From the human T2T-CHM13v2.0 reference genome, Homo sapiens, in NCBI RefSeq assembly GCF_009914755.1, contig NC_060927.1: a stretch of DNA of 64,000 nt. One strand, written 5' to 3'. The position numbers and the translations under genes were made by a program. Shown here one piece after another: positions 26,921 through 40,830 of this stretch. The number at the start of each line of letters is the position of its first letter. Position 1 is the stretch's first letter. The notes under the pieces were generated by a model. It had not been told where the DNA came from. It saw nothing but the letters and a program-made list of their open reading frames with translations, and ran no database searches.

Positions 26921-27848
26921 GCCAAGATTCTCCTTTTGACGAAACACCCCCCTACATTGTGAGCTAGACTTGGTGGGCAAGTCAGCCAAGGCCCTGGGTG
27001 GACAAACTCATCCCTCTGAGTTTGGAATCCTGAGCTGAGTGGCTCCAGGGTAGAAAACCCAGCAGCAACCTCATTGCTCCTGTGTGTTTGCCATTTGGGT
27101 CTGCTTAGCATGGACAAAACTTAAAAACACATCAGTGAATCAAAAAGGGTAAGTCGCAACCAGATAAGCATCATCTGAGAGAATGTGTGTAAATCTCACA
27201 AATAAAACAGAAGCCTGTGGATCACACAGCCCCTCTGCTGGAGATGGGGTAGGGGGACCTGCAGGTCATGGCCCCCGAGTGAAACGTCTTGAAGGCAAAT
27301 GCGGTAAACAGTGGACAGGACATCAGTCAGAGACAGTGTGGCCTCTACAAGTTCAGGCATCACATGGTCAATGCGTCCTGGGGCCTGGCCATGGATGCAT
27401 GCGTCCAAACAGCTCCCAGAGGCAGCTCCAGTGGCCTCCAACCACCAACATGGAAGGGGATGGCCAGAGCGTGGGCAGAATGACTCTCACTGGGGAATCG
27501 CGGGGTGGTGTACAGGCATTACCGAGGGACTGGCATGCGCAATGCTGCATGGTGAAGGTGGAGGCTGTGACATAAGGACGGTCCACCTGGGGGAGGGTGG
27601 GGAAGCTATGAGCAGCCGAGGCCCCCCTCCTCCCTCCCATTCTCCCACCACTCTTTTTTCTTCTTCTTTTTCTTTCTTAAAAGAAGAGAGATGAAGGAAA
27701 TAAGGTGAAATACAAATACCAGCCAATCTGGGTGGTGAGTGTGTGGATAGACAGAGCCCTCGATCAGGTAACCTGAGCTCATATCCAAGCTCTGCCACTC
27801 CCCGGGTCCAAAACTGCTTAAAGAAACTGCACCTGCCCCCAGAGGCTG

Positions 27849-28233
27849 TGATATTTGTCCCCACCCAAATCTCATGTTGAAATGTCATCCCCAATGCTGG
27901 AGGTGGGGCCTGCTGGGTGATGTTTGGGTCATACGGGTGGATCCCTCATGCTTGATGCTGTCTTCCTGATAGTGAGTTCTGGCAAGATCCAGTCATTTAG
28001 AGGTGTGTGACCCTCCTCTCTCTCTCCTGCTCCCCTCTCCTCCCTTGCCCTTTCTCTTCCTTCACCTTCCACCATGAGTGGAAGCTCCCTGAGGCCTCCC
28101 TAGAAGCTGAGCAGATGCCACCATGCTTCCCGTATAGCCTGCAGAACCATGAGCTGATTAAACCTTTTTTTTTTTAAATAAATTACCCAGTCTCAGGAAT
28201 TTCTTTATAGCGGTGCAAGAATGGCCTAATACA
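27849..28233 (+). mobile_element. MSTA/MSTB (MaLR) solo LTR
   Basis: tgatat...ccccacccaaatctcatgttgaa ... aattacccagtctcagg...ctaataca; perfect 5-bp TSD ggctg at 27844-27848 and 28234-28238. Confidence 0.93.
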
Positions 28234-28255
28234 GGCTGTTACAAGGGATAAATTC

Positions 28256-28552
<297 letters not shown>

Positions 28553-28679
28553 GGATTAAATTCGTTTTTGTTTATGAAGTGCTTAGAATGGTGCCGGGCA
28601 TATAGGAGGTGTTATAGCAGTATTAGGCTATCATTTTTATTTTCCGTAGGCCTGAAACATTTTGTAGTTAAAGAAACCC

Positions 28680-29138
<459 letters not shown>

Positions 29139-29924
29139 TCAGCCGCCTGAGATTTATGCTCTGCACTTCCTGTCACGGGTGTGGAGATTTACACTGGGTG
29201 AGTCGGGACACCAATTAAAGGGCCGAAGTAAATGAACCCTGTCTTAAAGAGCTTACCCAGGAAACAGACAGCCAGCTCAGCAGTAAACAATGACGATGCC
29301 TGGGGGGAATTACCGCACCAGCTGTCACCCCCATAAGAAAAAACAGGGTGGTTGGAGGAGCATGAAGATGAGAGTTCAGAAAGTGGGTGAGAAACTAAGA
29401 GGAACGGCCAGGGCCCCTGCCACCCAGCAAAGTGCGCCAGAGAGTGCTCATGCCCACTGCCCCAGCACAGCTCCTGCCCTGCAGAGGCTGGAGAGCAAAA
29501 CACTGCATTTCCCAGGTACCATACAGCTGAGTCTGGGAGGAGAGTTCTGTCCTGACTTACGTTTTCTGATCCTCAGCCCACCTCCCCAGTGTGCCCAGGG
29601 CTCACCACACCCCACTAGCTTGGCTCCTTCCTGCTTCTCATTAGAGAGAGCTGTAATGCCTAAGTGAGGTGAGGCTACTGCTCTGCTACCTTGGCAGCCT
29701 CGTGGGTGGTGAGGGGCTGCTGGTGGCTTTCTCATCCTTAGACTGACAGCCTCCTGACCCCACCTTCCTGATGGGGCCGAGGCTGCAGCTCGCTGGCCAG
29801 GCCAGTTCTGCAGGGCTATTCTGGGATTGTTCCTGGAGGCCCTCCAAGAGTCTGTACCTGCAAACTTCCCACTGCGGGTAAGCACCTGACCCCTGGGCTA
29901 AACTCCTTCTAATTGAGAGCTGAG

Positions 29925-30305
29925 TGTTAGGGACTGAATGTTTGTGTTCCTTTAGAATTCATATGCTGAAGCCCTAACCCCCAATGTGACAGTATTTGGG
30001 GGTGGGGCCTTTGGGAGGTGATTACGCTGAGATGAGGTCATGGGAGTAGAGTCCCCATGATGATATCAGTGTCCTCATAAGAAGAAAAAGAGGCATCAAA
30101 CTTCCCTCTCTCTGCCATGTGAGGACACAGCGAGAAGGCAGCCGTCTGTGAACCAGGAAAAAGGCACTCGCCAGGAACCCAATCCACCAGCAACCTGACC
30201 TTGATCTTGGACTTTCAGCCTCCAGAACTGAGAAATATATTCCCGTAGTTTAAGCCCCCACAAGTCTCCAGTAGATTATTATAGGACTCCCAGCAGACTA
30301 ATACA
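29925..30305 (+). mobile_element. MLT1A/B-like (MaLR) solo LTR
   Basis: ggactgaatgtttgtgttcc...catatgctgaagccctaacccccaatgtga ... cagcctccagaactgag...gactaataca; flanks ctgag/ctggg. Confidence 0.9.
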
Positions 30306-31699
30306 CTGGGTGATTTTGTTTTCTACAGCATCCCCTGCCATTGCCCTGGGCAGCCCTCCCATCTCCTCTCCTTGCCCCAGCCCCTGCACCCTCATTGCTG
30401 TTCCCTGCACTTGCCCGCTTTGCACACGCTGTTCCCCTGGTGGGCTGCCCTGCCTTCCATCTCCCAGCTGGACTCCTACTCAGCCTCCAAGGCACCTGAA
30501 CTGTCACCTCCCCTGGAGCCATTCCTGACATCTGTAACCCTAATGCAAACACACAGAGGGAGTTAGCGGCTTCCTCCTGGCCCCTGCTCTAAGTTCAACA
30601 TTCACCACGGCAGGTGCCTGGAAGGACTCCCATGCTGGAGCTCTGCAGTGGACAGGGCAGCAAGCGCGGAGGTCACTAGCCAGCCCAGCCAAACCAGCTG
30701 GGTGACCTTGGGCAATTCCCCGACCTCTCCCTCTGAAAAGGGAGGCAAGACTGGTAACACCTGCCAACAGTCCGGAAGAGTCCCCGGCACATGTGCAGTG
30801 CTGCATGGGAGGTGGCGCTCACTCTCAGTGAGAGGGACTGACAACCAATCAACAAAGAGACGTCCGGAAAAAGCTCTGCCCAGCCCTGAGAGCCAGGAAG
30901 AGGACAGTCTGTCTAGGGTGGTCAGGGAGGGCTTCCCAGGGAGGGCACTGCGTGCTGGCCCCCAGGCACCTCTGAGCACCTGCCATGGTGGATGCGGCAG
31001 GAGCCTCGCACAGACAGTGGGCCAGGTGGTCCCGCAGCAGAGTGTGGGCTGCAGGGCCAGGGAGCTGCCTGCTGGCCTGCAGCTTTGGGTACGGGGGCGA
31101 GCAGGCCCACCTGCCCCTATGCCCCTCCCCTGACCTGGCCACACAGGCCTGACCACAGGGCCCAGGTGACACACGGAGGAGGAAGCCTGAATGACTCTGG
31201 AGGCTCCCACGAGTGGAAGCCACCACTGAGGTTCACATCGTCACTGAGGCCAGGCCAGGGAGAGCCTGGTGAGACATGAGACAATGCTGTCACATGAATC
31301 AGTTCTGAATGTGCCAAATTTCATTCTGCTGTGATTAAAAAGCGGCTGGCGCATCATAAACTCACTGTGAGCATCAGTCACCGGGTCGCAAGCAGACACG
31401 CCTAGAGCTGCTCTGGGAGCTGCTGCTCTTTCCAGGCTCCTGCTGCATGCCTGGTGTGGCAGGTGTGGGCTGCCACTAGCTGCCTTACAGTGAGGAGACA
31501 GAAGCCCAGAGAGGGCAAGTAATCAGCTGAGGTCACACAGCTTGGGGGAAGCAGAGAGAGGGATGTGAATCTTGGTCGGCTGCCCCTTTGCCTTGGTCTG
31601 GGGGAGGCAAAAAAAAGTGCTAGTCAGGAAGGGCTGATTGATGCTGAAGCTGGGGACCAGGGTGGGTTCAATATGGAAGAGGCAGCAGGTAAACACATA

Positions 31700-31880
31700 G
31701 GCCCTGAGGCCAATCTGCTCACCCCTTACTGCTGTGTGATATTGGCCAGCCCCTTGACCTCTCTGGGCCTCAGCCTGTGCATCTGTGAAGTGGGGATGAC
31801 GCTTGCCCACCCAGGGTGCTGTGTGAAGATGAGGGAAGTTGCAGCAGTGCAGCACCTAGAGGAGAGCTTGGCACACAGCA
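31700..31880 (+). mobile_element. MIR
   Basis: cttactgctgtgtga...cctctctgggcctcag...catctgtgaagtgggga. Confidence 0.75.
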
Positions 31881-32880
31881 AGAAGCCTGCACCTGCCGCC
31901 CCTCAGGACTGTTTCCTGGGGTGGGCACTGCCCTGGGCATAGGGAGGTGGGGCGCGGAGAGAAGACGAGGCCTCCACCCTCTGGGAGGGGAGGAGAAGTG
32001 CATGCGGCGGTGGGAATGTGAGGCAGTGGTGATGGTGTGAGGGGCCAAGAGCCTCCTACACTGTCGAGAACGGTCACCAGGGCAGCCCCCAGCGTGGGCC
32101 GCATGGCAGGGGCTACTCAAACGACAGGAGTGTGCCCGCACTCTGGCCAGGCCATCCCGTCTTGGTGGCTACAACACGGAACTGTTCACACGTGTGCCTA
32201 GCTGTTGGTGAAAGCGAAACAGTGGAAGCACCCCGATGGCCATCCATGGCGGACTGGCTAAAATGTGCTACAGTGCCTTTGCTAAGTTGCAGGTCACCAA
32301 ATGACTCATGTCAAAACGTGCTGGGAGCACAGAGCCAACTGCAGAAGTCTCCACATACGATGAGACTCTGTTCACGAGAAAAGAAAGCTTACATGGGATA
32401 CAGTAGGCTTAGCGTGTGCACACACTGTTGATGCAAATGCACAGAAGATTCTGGAAGGAAATGCTCCAGACATGACAGCAGACACCTGTGCTGAGGGGCC
32501 AGGCTGGGCCAGAAGTGACTTCAGCCTCATTTTGGCTTGAATGAGTCTGAAGGAGAACCCACGCATGTGCTGCTGATTACACCTGCAGGATGCGGGTGGG
32601 GATACAGAATTGGTGGTGTTTTTCTCGGGTGTGGCTCTCTAGGACAGTGTCCCTGTTCTCAGGGGATATATGCCCAAGAATTACAGGTGGGGTGTCACGG
32701 CACTCATGGCCTGCAGGTGGGCAAAAGGGGGACACAGGTGAATGTTCCCACAGGGAGAGAAGGACTGGCCACAGAAGATGTTAACAGGTGGGGGACCCAG
32801 GAAAAGTCTGTATAGGTATTTATTGTGTTGTTATTTCAAATTTTCCCTGGGTCTGACATTTTTTAAAATAAAAAAATATA

Positions 32881-33181
32881 TGCCAGGTGCAGTGGCTCAT
32901 GCCTGTAATCCCAACAATTTGGGAGGCAGAGGCAGGTGGATCACCTGAGGCCAGGAGTTCAATATCGGCCTGGGCAACATGGTGAAACCCTGTCTCTACT
33001 AAAAATACAAAAAATTAGCCTGGCATGGTGGTGGGTGCCCGTAATCCCAGCTACTCAGGAGGCTGAGGCAGGAGAATCACTTGAACACAGAAAGTGGAGG
33101 TCGCAGTGGACCAAGATCACGTCACTGCACTCCAGCCTGGGTGACAGAGTGAGACATCGTCTCAAAAAAAAAAAAAAAAAA
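32881..33181 (+). mobile_element. AluSx-like
   Basis: ggatcacctgagg; full dimer with A tail. Confidence 0.93.
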
Positions 33182-34619
33182 GAATTACAAATATGTGACC
33201 TTGGAAGGACGATGGGTGACGGGTGCCAAAGAGAAGAGCCAAGCACTGTGAAGATTTGGAGAGGAGGTGGCATTTCAGCCAGTGCGGGAGCCGGTAGGGC
33301 CCATGCACGGTTCAGGAGAGGCTGAGCAGCCTGCGTGGGTGAGTGAGGCAGGACAAGCAGGAAGCCCCAGGCTGGGCAGTGTGGGGAGGCCCTGGAGGTG
33401 CCGGGCAGGGGGGCTGTGGGGGCTGGAAGCTCAGGTGCGGCCTTGAATGTAGAGCCATGGAATGTGGATTTCCTTCTAGCGGCCACAGGGAGCCACAGAT
33501 GGGTTGTGAGCTGAGGAGCGCCATGGCTGAGTGAGCAATGTAACGCCCAGGGAGTCTGGCTCTTCCCTACCTGGTCCTGGCCTGATTTAATGCATCCCTT
33601 TCCCCCATCTGGAGCTCATTTCCCCCGCTTCCCTCCCCCGTTCCTCTAGCCAAGTCCTCTCCCCTCTCACTCTGGGGCGTCCTGCCTGGCCAGGTGCTCT
33701 GAGGAGCTCAGTTTCAGGATGAGGGCCTGGCCAGAAGTGGTACTGAGTTGCTGTGTCCCTCTGGGGTCTGGGCCCCCATGATGTCTCTTGACAGGTGTTC
33801 CTGTCCCCATTCCCTCAGCCTGGCCCTCTTAGCAAAGTCCTGGTGCTGCTGGTCTGCATGAGCCCCCTGATTTAGCCTTGCACTTTACCATGGTGGCCAT
33901 GGATGAGTCTTCCCACCTCTTGCCCTATTTCCTCACTAGTAGAGCAGGAACAAGAATACGTTGTCTCACTGCAGAGTCACTCGAGAGGGGCACACACTGG
34001 CACCTGGGCTCAGGCTGTCAGAACGTTCTGGCCCCTGTCACTTGTCTCTGGCCCTGGCAGGCCCAAGGCTGGGCGCCTGAAGTGGGCACTCACCAGACCC
34101 TCTCCGGGCGCTGAATGCACGCTAGCCCATTTCACAGGCGAGCTAGGCACTGTTACTGAGGGCAGATGCCTACTCCATATCTACCCTTGAACAGAAAAAC
34201 ACTCTCTCCTTTGGCCCTGAGCCCCCAGTGGACCCCTCCCACTGCATGGCTACCTGCCTGGACCTGCTCCCCACCTTCCCATTCTCCAGCAACCAAAAGG
34301 TTAGCATCGGAAGCATCAGGGAGCCCCCAGAATGCTATGAAAGTTTAACCAATTCCCTGCAATTACGCCCCCTCAGTTTTTCCTTCAGCCAAATCAGCAG
34401 GAAAGAAGGGTCCCTTAGGATCCCTCAGGCAATGAAGAAGGGTCCCATAGGACTTTAACCTTGTTGCTACTTTATCCCTGGAGGGTGAGCCAGGCAGAGG
34501 CGCGTGGAAGTCCTCCCAGCTCCCTGAGGGCAGTCACTCCAGTGCTGACTAGGTGCCTGTGTGCCAGGCCAGGTGCTGGCTGCGGGAAACTCAGGGCCCA
34601 GGGGCAGCCGATGGGGCCG

Positions 34620-34790
34620 TGCAGGTAGGAGCTATATGTGGGGGCCAGATGGTGTTTCTGGCTTTGCGATCCTGATGTTCTCTGTCACAACTACTCTGAC
34701 TCTGCCCATTCTCTCTAGAAAGCAGCCACAGACAATATATAAATGAATGGGTGTGGCTGTGTTTTAATAAAACCCAACTTACCAAAACAG
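34620..34790. mobile_element. MER58A fragment
   Basis: ctctgtcacaactactc...aaagcagccacagacaatatataaatgaatgggtgtggctgtg. Confidence 0.8.
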
Positions 34791-34970
34791 ACAGACTAGA
34801 ATAGAGAGCCCAGAAATAAACCCTCGCATATACAGTCAAATGATTTTCAGCAGGGTGCCAAGAACATACAATGGGGAAAGGACAGTCTCTTCACCAAATG
34901 GTGCTGTGATAACTGCACATCCACATGCAAAAGATGCAAAAGAATGAAGCTGGACCCTTCCATGACACTA

Positions 34971-35199
<229 letters not shown>

Positions 35200-35675
35200 C
35201 TGACTCCCAATGGGCCAAAGACCTAAGTGTAAGAGCTAGGACAATAAAACCCACAGAAGAAAACACAGTGGTAAATCCTCATGACATCGGATTTGGCAAT
35301 GATTTCTTAGATGGCACCACAGGCATAGGCGACAAATGAAAAAATGGATAAATTGGGCTTCATCAAAACTAAAAACTTTTGTGATTTAAAGAACACTATG
35401 AAGAAAAGTGGAAAGACAATTCCAAGAATGGGAAATATTTGCAAATCACATATCTGATAAGGATCTAGTATCCAGAGGATATAAAGAAGTGTCACAACTC
35501 AACAACCAAAAGATAAGCAACTCGATTAAATCATGAATAGACCTTTCTACAAAAAAGATACACAAATGGCCCATAGGCACATGAGATGATGTTCAACATC
35601 ACCAGTCATCAGAGAAAGCAAATCAAAACCACAATGAGATACCACCTAACAGGTCATTAGAAAAAAAAAAAAAAC

Positions 35676-36275
<600 letters not shown>

Positions 36276-36414
36276 TAAGTATCGGTGAGGTATTTGCAAA
36301 TCACATATCTGATAAGGATCTAGTATCCTTATCAGAGAAACCGGGCCCCCTGTGCACTGCTGGTGGGAGTGTAAAATGCTGCAGCCACTGTGGAATACAG
36401 TAAGTATGGTGGCT

Positions 36415-36630
36415 GTAGGTAGTGTTTGCTACAGTTAATCATAACGTATAGTTTCAAATAGCGAGAAGGAGGCTATTGAATGTCTCCAACACAAAGAAAT
36501 GACCGATGAGATGATGGCTGTGCTAACCACCCTGGTCTGATCACCAGGAATTATATATATCCAAACATCATGATGTAATCCATGAATATGTACAGTTATT
36601 ATGTGTCCATTTAAAAACTTAAATATAATT
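36415..36630 (+). mobile_element. L1MA-like 3' terminus nested in the older L1
   Basis: tagtttcaaatagcgagaaggaggctattgaatgtctccaacacaaagaaatga...catgaatatgtacagttatt. Confidence 0.75.
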
Positions 36631-37164
36631 TAAAAATCAAACACAGAATTATCATCTGATTTAGCAATTCTACTTCTGGGTATAGACCCCAAAGAACTGA
36701 AAGCAGGGTCTCGAACAGATGTTTGCACACACATGTTCATAACAGCATTATTTACAGTTGCCAAATGGTGAAAACAGCCAAAGTGACCATTGATGGGTGA
36801 ACCGATAGACAAATTTCGTCCATATATACAACAGAGTATTATTTAGCCTTAAAAGGAAGGGATTTCTGACCCAGGCTACTACACGGATGACCTTGAGGAC
36901 ATTGTGCTAAGTGGAATCAGCCAGTCACAAAAGAACAAATACTGAATGATTTCATTTATATGGGGTCCCTGGCGCTGTCAAATTCAGAGACCTGAAGTAG
37001 AATGGTGCTTGCCAAAGGCTGGGGAGGAGGGAATAGAAAGTTATTGTTTAATGGAGACAGTTTCAGCTGCAAAAAAAGAACGAGTTCTGGAGATGGATGG
37101 TGGTGTTGGCTGCAAAACACTGCGAACGTACTTAACGTCATGACACCTAAAAATGGTTAAAATG

Positions 37165-37474
<310 letters not shown>

Positions 37475-39509
37475 TTATGTTAGATATGTTTTGCAACAAT
37501 TTAAAAAACAAAGCAATAAGAGAATAAGGAGGCCGCCTTGGTCTCCCAAAGTGCTGGAATAATATTTAAGAATATTATTATTCTTAAATAATAAGAATTT
37601 AAAAAGCATATGCCCATGTGAACACACTGTTAGGAAATTGTCTCTCCAACTCTGTCATTAAAAGGGCCTCAAGGATCTGAGGAGCCCAAAGCTGAAGCTT
37701 CTTCAGTTGTAAATCTGCTTCTGCCAACAACAATTTAAAAACTGAATTTGTTTAAAGAAAGTTTGATGATGAAGGAATGAGCAAGGGGAGCTGGCTGGAG
37801 GAAATGAATGCTGGATGGTACTGAGCTGAGATGACCTGATACCGTCTGCATGCTGCAGCCATGCTTTGCAGTTTAATGGAGCAGTATCAATAAGCTACAC
37901 AGTAAGGTTAGGTGGGTCCAACAACATCCTGGCTTCTTCCTGTGATCACTGATGCTGTTCAGGAAATAAAACTTGAAATCTTTCATGCACTCACAAAAAG
38001 CAGACGGTGGGCTGGATGTGGCCTGGGGGCCGTGGTTTCTGGACCCCCAGTGTCGTCTAAGGCAGCCTGGCTGCACGTGGGAGCTTCAGGAGGAGCAGGT
38101 ATGCATGTAACGATTGTGATGGATGACACCGAAGCCAAGGATAGGCGGCAGGAGAGTGTGGATCTGGAAGCCCAGATAAGATGGAGCTTTTGTTACATGG
38201 CACTGTCTCTATTTTCTCCAGGGCAGAATGGCATTTCTGACAGCCCTCTCGGTGAGAATGGAAGGCCGTCCACACTCTGCCTCACTCAGCCCTGGGCAAT
38301 CTCTGCAGTTCTCTGTAGCTCTACTTCGAAGGTGGCCAACGCCGGAGGTGGGCCACAGGGACCCAGAGAGAGCTCTCTGCTCGCCTGGGCAGGCTTAGAA
38401 AGCAGTTTTTGGCCTCCAAGACATGTTCCTTAGAAGGCACTCACCTGGCACAGGGACACCTGGGGAGCTGAATGCACATGGCTTGCTGCCAGCGGCTCCC
38501 TCCCGGGGAGGAGGCTGCACAGAGCCAGAACGCAGTCTGCAGCAGCAATGACCTTCCGACCCCCAGGGACAGGACAAAGACTCTGTCCCTCTCACATCCT
38601 CACCCTCCTTACTTCTCTGGCTCCTCAGCACCACTCAGTAAGGTGGTGACTGTCATTGCCCCCAGTTTACAAATGAGGAACTGAGGCTTGGTAGGAGGGG
38701 GCACACTCGGTCCAGGACTTCAAAGCCTGAGCTCTTCACCTCTGCTCTCTCCCAGAAGGGAGACACGGGCCAAGTAGGGCAAGGATGGAGGAAAGGTCCC
38801 ATTCCTGCTCTGCTGCCCGCAAGCTGTGTGCCCTCAGTCAGGAAAGTAACCTCTCTGGGCTCCGTGTACTCCTCCCTAAGGCCTGCACGTGGTACACACT
38901 CGATTAGTGTTAATTCTTCCTCTTCCCCGAGGAGGAGCTGCTCACAGTCTAGAGGGAGGATCTAAATATTTAATTAAGGAAACTTACAATGCAATCTGAG
39001 ATGGGACTGAATAGAGCAATGAGCAAAGTGATCTGGTGCACCAAGGGAGGAGGGCCGAGCAACGACGGGCTGGCCAGGTAGAGAGGCAGGACGCCAGGCC
39101 TGCTTGGCTCCCACCTGCACACCGGTACCCTCAGAGGCACAGCCTAGGCATCCTTCACCATGACAGAGAGGGGCAGGGGACAGAGGGCCAAACCGGTCAC
39201 CTGTGCCAGGCTTCCTGGCAGAACTTAGTCATGAATTAAGTCCTCGCACTCCTCTCTCAGAGAACTCAGCCTGCTGCATTAGGGATTAAATATGGCCTCG
39301 GGGAATCCCAGATTCAATGGCGTTTACACATTTAAACAGGAGGCAGTTCCATTTAAATGTCACCTCCTGACTATTGCCCCAGCAGCACCCTGCAACCCCT
39401 TGACCACAAGTCTTCAGCAGCTCCCTATCCTGGAGGAGGCCAGCATGGTCGGCATCGTCCTCGGCCCTGACTATCACAGTCGCTGCCCTATGCTGTACCT
39501 GCCCACACG

Positions 39510-39670
39510 CTCCACGAAGCTGCCTGCTTTTGTGAGCAGGACTTTGCAGCCATGCCTGCACCTCTGCCTGAGTCATCGTCAGAGCTGAGTAGTTACGACA
39601 GGACCCCATGGCCCACAAAGCCTAAATAGTTACCGTCTGGCCCTTTACAGAAAAAGTTTGTCACGCCCTG
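39510..39670. mobile_element. MER58 terminal fragment
   Basis: gagctgagtagtt...ggcccacaaagcctaaa...tctggccctttacagaaaaagtttg...ccctg. Confidence 0.8.
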
Positions 39671-40529
39671 TGTTACATCTGTCTCACCTCCTCCTCCCAG
39701 CTACCTGAAGAAGCCAATGTCATTCTCATTTCCCAAGTGAGGAACCCACGGCTGGGAGGGGTGAGGCCAGTCCCACCAGGGCAGGGCTGGGCACAGAACA
39801 GCGGCTCGGTGGTTATCTGCTGAGTGAGTGGATGAATGAATGAATGATGTGACCAAATGCCCCTGTGCTCGGCATGGAGTTTGAGCATCACAGGGACCAT
39901 CCCTGTGGCCTGTGGGGGAGAAGGTGCTCTCTGCACCTGGAATGGTGGCCCTGAGTAGTCATGCACCCGTAATTGATGTGTTCTGAGAAGGCATCTGCCA
40001 ATGCCTCGGGCAGCCAGGACCAAGGCCAGCGCTGGGGGGACAGAGTGGTAGCCTGGCCACTGACTGTGAGGTGCAAAAGAGAGCAGAGAGAATGGGGCAG
40101 GTCAGTTCCAGGACCACAGCAAGGAGGCGCTCCATGGTCGCTGGAGCAACAGGGCGGCCCCCAGGATGGGGCAGTGGGCTGGGGTCTGAGCACTGAGGGG
40201 ACAGACTAGGCCGCCTTGGGAGCCAGGGGCACACCAGAGCACCGTCCTACGGAACTGCCCCCTGGGCTCGGGGACGGCCACGGCAGTGGGAGGCTGAATG
40301 GGGACCTTCATCCAGATTAAAAGTCAACACAATGCTGGATCTGAAATAGTTCAGGTCGGCCAGGCGCAGGCAGGAGCTGACAGCACTGGCCCTGGCTCAG
40401 CCTGCCTGTAGGGAGCTCACCTTCCAGTGAAGGAGGCAATAATAAGCCAAACCCATCAGACACCATGCACCCTGTGAAGAGCAATGCCCACCCCGAAGGG
40501 GCCGGGGCCGAGTGTAAACCTGGAAACCA

Positions 40530-40830
40530 GCTGGGCAGGGAAAGCCTCCCTGAGATGAAAACACCCGTATAAAGACCTGCAAAAGGTAACGGAGCCACGT
40601 GAGTGTTCAGGGAAGAATGTGCCAGATGGGCGGAGAGCACAGCCCCTGCAAAGGCCCGGGACAGGGAGCGAGTCCAGGAAGAGTTGAGAAGTGGCAGGGC
40701 AGGTGGCCAGGGCCCCGAGTGCCCCTTGAGGACTTTGTCTTTGACTGAGTGAGGAGGGAGCCACGGGAAGGTGCTGAGCACAAGAGGGGCATGGACGCAG
40801 TTGGGTTTTATTAGGTCCCTCTGGCTGTTC
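40530..40830 (-). mobile_element. L2 fragment
   Basis: gggaaagcctccctgag, tgcaaaggccc, gggagccacgggaagg. Confidence 0.6.

Noticed and set aside
32936-33325. 129-aa ORF and similar ORFs (810-1175, 16327-16569, 28696-28926, 47976-48206)
   Set aside because: These are translations of Alu sequence.
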